Source of the DNA: Candidatus Woesearchaeota archaeon
Lineage (GTDB): Archaea; Nanobdellota; Nanobdellia; Woesearchaeales; GW2011-AR4
Direction: 5' to 3'
NCBI GenBank assembly: GCA_018303645.1
Contig: JAGVXR010000056.1
Location: 1 to 35,723 of the forward strand
DNA: 35,723 nucleotides
Below, in pieces: positions 18,335-24,455 of the stretch. The first letter of the stretch is position 1. Every line of letters starts with the position of its first letter. The notes under the pieces are model-generated. The model saw only the letters and a program-made list of their open reading frames with translations. It was not told the DNA's origin and ran no database searches. Made by a program: the position numbers and the translations under genes.

Positions 18335-19039
18335 ATGTTGGTTATATTGGGGCTTGATGGTCTTGAATACAATTATGTTGAGGAATTTGGTTTCAAGGAG
18401 CTGAAGCAGGCATATTACGGGAAAACAGACATAAGCGAATTTGAAAAGCCGAGAACCTTGGTTATATGGTCAAGCTTCATTTCTGGGAAAAATATGGAAA
18501 AAGAGGTTTTGTCACAAAAAGATTTCTGGGATTTCAAAGTCCCTATTGAAAAAACTTTATTCTCAAAATTCAAAAACTTTAAGGCAATTGACGTGCCTGG
18601 ATTTTGTTTTGATGCAGAGCAACATAAGAAGGAAAGGCAGGGCTTGAAGGAGTTCTTCGATAAGAAAATCAGCATAGAAGACTATGATAAACTTATTTTT
18701 ACACACCACAAAAAAATAAAGCAAGAGTTTTTTGAGGCCCTTAAGAAAGATTATAATGTAGTCATGGGCTACTTTGGGCTTGCTGATGTTGTAGGTCATT
18801 TGAGTTTTGGAATTAAGTCAAAAATGAAGATGATTTATCAAGAGCTTGATGAAATAGCAAAAAAAACAAAAGAAATGGCAGAAGGCAATGTCCTTATTTT
18901 CGCCGACCATGGCATGGAGGCAATTGGCAGGTTTGGAGACCATTCAAACAATGGCTTTTGGTCAACAAATAAAGATTTTGGAATAAAAAACCCAAAATCA
19001 ACAGATTTTTATAATATAATAACTGGAAAAATGATATAA
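18335..19039 (+). CDS. Minimal (234 aa) alkaline-phosphatase-superfamily enzyme, function unknown
   Basis: Start at the ATG giving MLVILGLDGLEY. It retains the same motif set as the 517-aa paralogue: LGLDG, PRTLVIWSSFISGKN, LADVVGH, FADHGME, FGDHSNNG. It lacks about 280 aa of insert/cap sequence. Confidence 0.6.
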   Translation: MLVILGLDGLEYNYVEEFGFKELKQAYYGKTDISEFEKPRTLVIWSSFISGKNMEKEVLSQKDFWDFKVPIEKTLFSKFKNFKAIDVPGFCFDAEQHKKERQGLKEFFDKKISIEDYDKLIFTHHKKIKQEFFEALKKDYNVVMGYFGLADVVGHLSFGIKSKMKMIYQELDEIAKKTKEMAEGNVLIFADHGMEAIGRFGDHSNNGFWSTNKDFGIKNPKSTDFYNIITGKMI

Positions 19040-19042
19040 AAA

Positions 19043-19264
19043 ATGGAAGAATATCATATTAGGAGCATACTAAAGGCGGTAAGCTGGAGAATTTTTGCCA
19101 CTGTAGTGACCATATTTATAGTATTCATCTTTACAGGCAATTTTATAATTTCTCTTGGTGTAGGTTTTGTAGAAGTATTGTCCAAGATATTTTTTTATTA
19201 TGTCCATGAGCGTATATGGAACAAAATCAAATGGGGAAAAATTTATGCAGAAAAAATTCAATAA
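19043..19264 (+). CDS. DUF2061-family small membrane protein
   Basis: 73 aa. RSILKAVSWRIFATVVT...TG......VGFVEVLSKIFFYYVHERIWNKIKWG matches my memory of the DUF2061 consensus (K..sWR...t...TG...e...K...YY.HER.W). It starts 3 nt after the preceding stop. Confidence 0.7.
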   Translation: MEEYHIRSILKAVSWRIFATVVTIFIVFIFTGNFIISLGVGFVEVLSKIFFYYVHERIWNKIKWGKIYAEKIQ

Positions 19265-19272
19265 ACCACAAA

Positions 19273-20181
19273 ATGGATTTGTTTGCGGCTGACATTTATG
19301 CCTCATTTGTAACGATGGAGAAAAAAATTAGCATTAAATGGCCAGAAAACAGGAAATTTGCAGCCTGCCTTAGCCATGATGTCGATGTCCCCTTTAAATA
19401 TAATCTAGTAGGCTTGCTTAAAGAAGTAAAGCAAAACCCTAAAAATTCACTATCCCCTTTTTATAACTTTATTACACGAGAAAATCCTTATTGGCAGTTT
19501 GAAAATATTATGGAAATTGAAAAAAGCTACGGCTTTAAATCAACATTTTTCTTTTGCGCAAAAAGAAGGCACATTAAAGATCCTTATTATCACATAAAAA
19601 ACAATAAAATACAAAACATAATAAAAAAACTTGATAGGGAAGGATTTGAAATAGGGCTGCATGGAAGCTATCTGTCTTATAACAATAAAAAATATTTGGA
19701 AGAAGAAAAAAAAATACTAGAGTCTATACTAAAGAAAAAAGTAATAGGAAACAGGCAGCATTTTCTCAATTTCAATCAAAAAACTCCAAAGATTTTGGAA
19801 GAATTGGGGTTTATTTATGATAGTTCATTTGGAAGCACTAAAAAAGTAGGATTTAAAAATAACAAGTACTATCCATTTTATTATGGCAAATTGCTTGAAA
19901 TACCTTTAAATGCTATGGATGCTGTCCTTTTCAACCAGTCCAAGTCTTATGAAAAGGCATGGCAAAAGATAAAAAAACTTATAGACGATGCCGAAAAGAA
20001 GTCAACATTAATAACCTTTAACTGGCACCAGCGTGTTTTTTACGAGCCTGAATTCAGGGGATGGGGAAAACTATATATACAGATATTAGACTACATTAAA
20101 AGAAAAAATGCTTATGTTAATACTTTAGGCAACATAGCAAAATTGTTTGAAAATGGAAGAAGAGTCGGATATAATAAATAA
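19273..20181 (+). CDS. Polysaccharide deacetylase-like (CE4-type) protein
   Basis: Start moved to the ATG (MDLFAADIY...) 8 nt after the DUF2061 stop. CLSHDVDVP, FEIGLHGSY and RQHFL resemble the Asp/His metal-binding motifs of polysaccharide deacetylase-type folds. The family call is tentative. Confidence 0.5.
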   Translation: MDLFAADIYASFVTMEKKISIKWPENRKFAACLSHDVDVPFKYNLVGLLKEVKQNPKNSLSPFYNFITRENPYWQFENIMEIEKSYGFKSTFFFCAKRRHIKDPYYHIKNNKIQNIIKKLDREGFEIGLHGSYLSYNNKKYLEEEKKILESILKKKVIGNRQHFLNFNQKTPKILEELGFIYDSSFGSTKKVGFKNNKYYPFYYGKLLEIPLNAMDAVLFNQSKSYEKAWQKIKKLIDDAEKKSTLITFNWHQRVFYEPEFRGWGKLYIQILDYIKRKNAYVNTLGNIAKLFENGRRVGYNK

Positions 20182-20503
20182 AAGTGAAGTTTTGGTTAGC
20201 CTAATATACAAAATTTGCAGAGGATTGCCAAGGGGAGACGATTTTATGTTTAAATCTCATCTATCAAGAACTGCCATCTTCATTTCTTCTAATTTAGCTG
20301 AAGGGCAAAAAAAAGGTAAAGAAGAATTCAGAGAATACATTAATACATCCATAGAAAGCTTAAAAGAACTTAAAGCCCAATTAAATATGGTCAAAGAAAA
20401 GAATTATGTACAAATATCTGCTTTTGATATAAATAAAGCTTTGGATTTATGTGGCGAATTGGATAAAATGATTCATGAGCTATTACTTAAACTCAATGCC
20501 TAA
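20147..20503 (+). CDS. Four-helix-bundle protein (23S rRNA intervening-sequence protein / Avd-like family)
   Basis: 118 aa. ...LIYKICRGLPRGDDFMFKSHLSRTAIFISSNLAEGQKKG.KEEFREYINTSIESLKELKAQL follows the family pattern (IY..t..fP..E...l..Q.rRaa.Si..NiAEG....s.kef..fl.ia.gS..El.t.l). Confidence 0.65.
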   Translation: MKMEEESDIINKSEVLVSLIYKICRGLPRGDDFMFKSHLSRTAIFISSNLAEGQKKGKEEFREYINTSIESLKELKAQLNMVKEKNYVQISAFDINKALDLCGELDKMIHELLLKLNA

Positions 20504-20622
20504 ACCGATCTTTATTTTGTACGCGTATGCAAATTAGGGTTAAGTAAACTATTGTGTGTTGTAAACTAATCTTGAATATTTGGCATCATTTATTTTGTCA
20601 CTTAATCTTACTTAACGCAAAT

Positions 20623-20640
20623 TAGAAAACTTTATAAACT
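20623..20640 (+). promoter_or_regulatory. Candidate BRE/TATA promoter of the radical-SAM operon
   Basis: tagaaaactttataaact has its first 16 nt identical to 15877-15892. It lies about 65-80 nt upstream of the ATG at 20706. Confidence 0.4.
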
Positions 20641-20705
20641 ATTTACTATTTAAAGATATCAATCTGCTCAAAATTTTCCTTAAGTAATATCATGGTGATG
20701 TCAAA

Positions 20706-21710
20706 ATGAATATAAATTTAGTGAAGTTTATCAGGAAATACCCTACTCTTAAAAAAATAGGTTCGCTAGTCCTTAATAACAGAGTATCCTCCCTTTTAAA
20801 AAGGAACCAAAGCATAGACTTAACCTTTCCCAAAAGTTTCAATATAGAGCCGACAAACGCATGTAACGTCAACTGCAGTTTTTGTCCTAGGCTGGAGTCA
20901 AGTAAAAGTATAGGATATATGGATTTTGATTTATTCAGGAAAATAATTGATGAGAGCTCAAATTATGGTGGAAGGCATTTCTCATTCTTCAAAGACGGGG
21001 AATCTTTGTTGCATCCTAAACTGCCAGCCATGATAGAGTATGCCAAGAAGGCACATCCTGGAAACACCATAAACTTGAGTACAAATGCAATACTGCTTGA
21101 CGAAAAAAAAGCTGCTGAAATCATAAATGCAGGGTTGGATACAATAAACATGAGTGTTAATGCTGCAACCCCAGAGACCTACAAAAAACTCCTTAACTCG
21201 GATAAGTTTGAAAGAGTGGTTGAAAATGTTAACAATTTTTTAAAAATAAAAAAAGAACTAAATGCTTCTAATCCAGTTGTTACCGTGCAAATGATAGACA
21301 TGGAAGTAGCCCAGAACGATGTCCCGCTTTTTTATCAGACGTGGAATGATAAAGATGTGGTGGTAAGGGTAAGGCCATTCTTGAACTGGACAGGAGTGAG
21401 GAAAGATGAACATGCAGTAAAACGCTCCAGATACCCATGCAATTATCTTTGGAATTTCCCGAGCATTAATTGGGATGGCAGGGTCTCAGTTTGCTGTGTT
21501 GACTACAGTGAAGACGGCATCATAGGAGATGTAAATAAACAGAGCCTTGCTGAGATATGGAATGGTTATACTATAAGAAAATATCGTGAGATGCATCTTA
21601 ACGGAGAATTTGACAAGCTTCCAGTCTGCAAGAACTGTAATGATTGGGCGAATCTCCCGAATATCTGGATAAAAAAACCCTTCCCGAAAAATGGTCAAAA
21701 ATGGCTATGA
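20706..21710 (+). CDS. Radical SAM enzyme with C-terminal SPASM/twitch-type Cys cluster
   Basis: 334 aa. CNVNCSFC (Cx3Cx2C) at the N-terminus of a TIM-barrel-like region (GESLLHP, NLSTNA). The C-terminal segment is YPCNYLW....INWDGRVSVCCVDY....IGDV...SL.EIWNG...R......LPVCKNCNDW. Confidence 0.85.
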   Translation: MNINLVKFIRKYPTLKKIGSLVLNNRVSSLLKRNQSIDLTFPKSFNIEPTNACNVNCSFCPRLESSKSIGYMDFDLFRKIIDESSNYGGRHFSFFKDGESLLHPKLPAMIEYAKKAHPGNTINLSTNAILLDEKKAAEIINAGLDTINMSVNAATPETYKKLLNSDKFERVVENVNNFLKIKKELNASNPVVTVQMIDMEVAQNDVPLFYQTWNDKDVVVRVRPFLNWTGVRKDEHAVKRSRYPCNYLWNFPSINWDGRVSVCCVDYSEDGIIGDVNKQSLAEIWNGYTIRKYREMHLNGEFDKLPVCKNCNDWANLPNIWIKKPFPKNGQKWL

Positions 21711-21800
21711 AGCCTAGTATAAATATTTAAATGACCTGTATTCTCTATTTGTTCATCGACAAATTTTCAATAAGACAGAATTTAAACTGAAAGCTGCAAA

Positions 21801-22799
21801 ATGAATTTTGAATTAATTTCTCCAAGCAAAGAAAAATGGAACGATTTTGTAGATAATAACAACCACTCTGATATTTTCCAAAAGTATGAGATGGCCGATG
21901 TATATAACAAGACGCGAAATATGGGGGGGATTAGGCTTGCGGTTTCAGATGGGGAAGGAAAACTCCTTGCATGCATGGTAGTTAAAATGGAATCTAAAGG
22001 TTTTCTAAAATCCCTGACTTCCATATCTATAATAGAGAATGCACCTTTGTATGAGGGGTCTGAGCAAGGAAAAAAAGCAGCAGACTTTCTTATAAAATAT
22101 TATGACATATATATTAAAAGAAAAGCGCTGTATACTATAGTTAAAACGAACAAAAACAAATTTCTGGAGAATCTGTACAAATCAAATGGCTATAAGCAAA
22201 GCGATGGTCTTAACTTTGAGATCAATCTGGATAAGGATGTTGAGGGTGTTTTTAAATCAATACATAAATCAAGAAGAAAGAATATCAGAAGGTCCGAGAA
22301 AAAAGGAGTGACTGTAATTGAAGCGGAAAAAGATTCGCTGCCGGGATTTTATGGAATCTTAAAAGAAACATATGATAGTATTAATATCCTAATCCCGGAT
22401 ACATCATATTTCAATGAAACTTTTAATTTGATGCCGAATAGCGTCAAATTATTCTTGGCAAAATACCAAAATACGATTATTGCTGGAAGGATTGTGCTCT
22501 TCTACAAACATAAAGTTTTTGATTGGTATGCAGGAGCATCTTCAAAGTACCTTGGAATTTTTCCAAATGACATTCTAGTCTGGCACGTCTTAGAATGGGG
22601 ATGCAAGAACGGCTTTAAGTTATTTGATTTTGGAGGTGCGGGTGTTCCGGAAAAAGAGTATGGTGTCAGGGAATTTAAAAGAAGATTTGGAGGGCAGTTG
22701 GTAAAATTCAGCTCTTTTAAAAAAATACATAGACCGTTAACAGCCAGTTTTGGGGCAAAGTTTTTTTCATTTTACAGGAAAATATTAGAAAATGGATAA
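21801..22799 (+). CDS. FemAB-family (GNAT-fold, aminoacyl-tRNA-dependent peptidyl/aminoacyl transferase-like) protein
   Basis: 332 aa. The C-terminal half, LFLAKYQNTIIAGRIVLFYKHKVFDWYAGASSKYLGIFPNDILVWHVLEWGCKNGFKLFDFGGAG....YGVREFKRRFGGQLVKF, follows the FemX/FemAB pattern (...y.gas......n..l.w..i.wa...G...fDfgG......gl..FK..fGg). Confidence 0.7.
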   Translation: MNFELISPSKEKWNDFVDNNNHSDIFQKYEMADVYNKTRNMGGIRLAVSDGEGKLLACMVVKMESKGFLKSLTSISIIENAPLYEGSEQGKKAADFLIKYYDIYIKRKALYTIVKTNKNKFLENLYKSNGYKQSDGLNFEINLDKDVEGVFKSIHKSRRKNIRRSEKKGVTVIEAEKDSLPGFYGILKETYDSINILIPDTSYFNETFNLMPNSVKLFLAKYQNTIIAGRIVLFYKHKVFDWYAGASSKYLGIFPNDILVWHVLEWGCKNGFKLFDFGGAGVPEKEYGVREFKRRFGGQLVKFSSFKKIHRPLTASFGAKFFSFYRKILENG

Positions 22800-23445
22800 G
22801 CAAACAAGGAAATTTGATATCATAGAGGATTTTGATAGAGCAACACCTATATTTTCAAAATGGAAGCCTTCTCCAGGATTTAGAAAAATTTTTGATAAGA
22901 GTATAATTAAAACATTGGGTTTATTGAAGAAAAAGAATAAGATAAACATCCTTGAGGTTGGCTGCGGGCACGGCACGTGGTTTGGAGTCATAAATAAGCT
23001 GGAATTTTCAAAGAAAATAATGTATACAGGAATTGATTTTTCTGAAAAAAGAATAGAAGCTGCAAAAAAATTCTTTAAAAAAGATAAAAAGGCGAAATTT
23101 CTGGCAGCAGACTACATGGAGTATAATGATAACAAAAAATACAATTTGATATTTTTCATAGAGGTTTTTCAATATTTGCATAAAAAGGATTTTCTAAAAT
23201 TCTTTGAAAAAACAAGAGAAATGCTTAAACAAAATGGATATGTTGTAATAATTGACAAGGAAAAATATTCGATGCATTCTTTTAAAATTTTTTTAGGGAA
23301 ATTTTTAAAAAAGCTGCCTTATTATTACAAGCACGTGCATTATCCGTCATTTGATTACTTAGCAAAACTGGGAAAAAGATTTGATTTTCATTTTATAAAA
23401 AAAATGAATGTAAAAGAATTCAACGCTTTGGTTATGAAAAATTAA
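22792..23445 (+). CDS. Class I SAM-dependent methyltransferase
   Basis: 217 aa. ILEVGCGHGTW motif I, GIDFSEKRI, and an acidic loop in ADYMEY. There is an 8-nt ATGGATAA overlap with the preceding gene. Confidence 0.7.
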   Translation: MDKQTRKFDIIEDFDRATPIFSKWKPSPGFRKIFDKSIIKTLGLLKKKNKINILEVGCGHGTWFGVINKLEFSKKIMYTGIDFSEKRIEAAKKFFKKDKKAKFLAADYMEYNDNKKYNLIFFIEVFQYLHKKDFLKFFEKTREMLKQNGYVVIIDKEKYSMHSFKIFLGKFLKKLPYYYKHVHYPSFDYLAKLGKRFDFHFIKKMNVKEFNALVMKN

Positions 23446-23537
23446 GCGTCTGCAAAAAACCAAATCATTCATTAAAATACAAAAACAGAAAAGTATTTAT
23501 ATCATAACTTTTGTTATCAAAATTAAAGAGGGTGAGC

Positions 23538-24134
23538 ATGATTTTTACTAAATCAAAGATATTTCTATTAATTTGGACAATATTATCAACAATAGGCATC
23601 ATTTCTGCAATAGTTTTGGATAATAATGTAACAGTCAATGAAATCCAAGACTGCACTACAGAATTTTATGATGAAACAGAGGATGTTTTTGGCTATGTTA
23701 CTAGAGAAAGAAATGTATATGATAATTGTATTTATTACCATAATTACACGCTTTGCTTGAATACATCAGGAGCAAATACCGATTGCTCTCAAAAACAGCT
23801 TGTTTATAATGTAACATGTGCAATTGGAACCGAATCTTATCAAAGCTACGAAAAAGTCAGCGAACAGGTAGTTCAAAAAAACAAGACTATATGCAATAAA
23901 AGAGCTTATACAATTGATATAGCTGACTCTACAAAGAATATTAATTTTTCTAAAGCAGGGTATTATTGCAGCTTAGAAGGCAATATAGTAACTTGTGATT
24001 CTGTCCATGATGGCAATGGTGACGGCAAATGCAAAAGCGGAGAAACATGCATTAAATTTGAGATTACAAGCCAAGGGATAAATACGTTGCAAAAAAGAAT
24101 AGATTCAGTTGCCTTAAAAGATTCCTGTAGTTAA
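23538..24134 (+). CDS. Secreted or membrane-anchored Cys-rich protein (11 Cys), possibly truncated by a frameshift
   Basis: Start at the ATG preceded by gagGGTGAgc. The TATA-like aagtatttatatca lies about 35 nt further upstream. The N-terminal sequence is MIFTKSKIFLLIWTILSTIGIISAIVL (signal peptide or anchor). The mature part carries 11 Cys, several N-x-S/T sequons and DGNGDGKC. Confidence 0.6.
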   Translation: MIFTKSKIFLLIWTILSTIGIISAIVLDNNVTVNEIQDCTTEFYDETEDVFGYVTRERNVYDNCIYYHNYTLCLNTSGANTDCSQKQLVYNVTCAIGTESYQSYEKVSEQVVQKNKTICNKRAYTIDIADSTKNINFSKAGYYCSLEGNIVTCDSVHDGNGDGKCKSGETCIKFEITSQGINTLQKRIDSVALKDSCS

Positions 24135-24408
24135 TAATCAAGTCAGATGGATTAATCATGGGCAGGATAATATAGGTCAGATTAAAGTTTTAGAATCTGG
24201 GAATGCCGCTTCTTACTTAATAAAGACGGGAGAAAGTATACCTGAAAAATCAATCAAAGAACTAACGGATATTACTGGGGCATCGTTTATAACTATTAAA
24301 TTGACATCTAAAGCAGTAAAAATTATAATAATAGTATTGTTCGTAATAACAATTACATTGTTGGGATATATAGTATATTCAAAAAAAAAAAGAAAAAACC
24401 TAAATTAA
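24118..24408 (+). pseudogene. Start-less 96-codon ORF in the +1 frame encoding a C-terminal TM anchor plus a basic tail; probable displaced 3' end of the 23538 gene
   Basis: My translation is KIPVVNNQVRWINHGQDNIGQIKVLESGNAASYLIKTGESIPEKSIKELTDITGASFITIKLTSKAVKIIIIVLFVITITLLGYIVYSKKKRKNLN*. No ATG or GTG is present in frame. It opens 17 nt before the stop of the upstream ORF. Its end (SF.T.K...TM...KKKRK) mirrors the C-terminus of the giant protein. Confidence 0.4.
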
Positions 24409-24455
24409 TATTCCATATTTTAATATTTTTCTGGGGCATTTCTATCTCTTCTGAT

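Noticed and set aside
20147-20503. The four-helix-bundle protein is of the same family as Avd, the accessory protein of diversity-generating retroelements, which are common in small-genome archaea. I considered that the nearby giant surface protein might be a DGR target.
   Set aside because: No reverse-transcriptase ORF exists anywhere in the window. I found no template/variable repeat pair (no long near-identical DNA repeat with A-specific mismatches) in the flanks or in the 3' ends of the surface-protein genes. The gene sits at the end of the cysDN operon rather than next to a target gene.
20706-21710. The radical SAM/SPASM enzyme as an anaerobic sulfatase-maturating enzyme acting on the two AP-superfamily proteins (sulfatases belong to that superfamily).
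   Set aside because: Neither AP-family protein has the C/S-x-P-x-R formylglycine motif. The nucleophile context is PPVTLPAW / PRTLVIW, which is Thr-type and NPP-like. The radical SAM gene is also in a different transcription unit.
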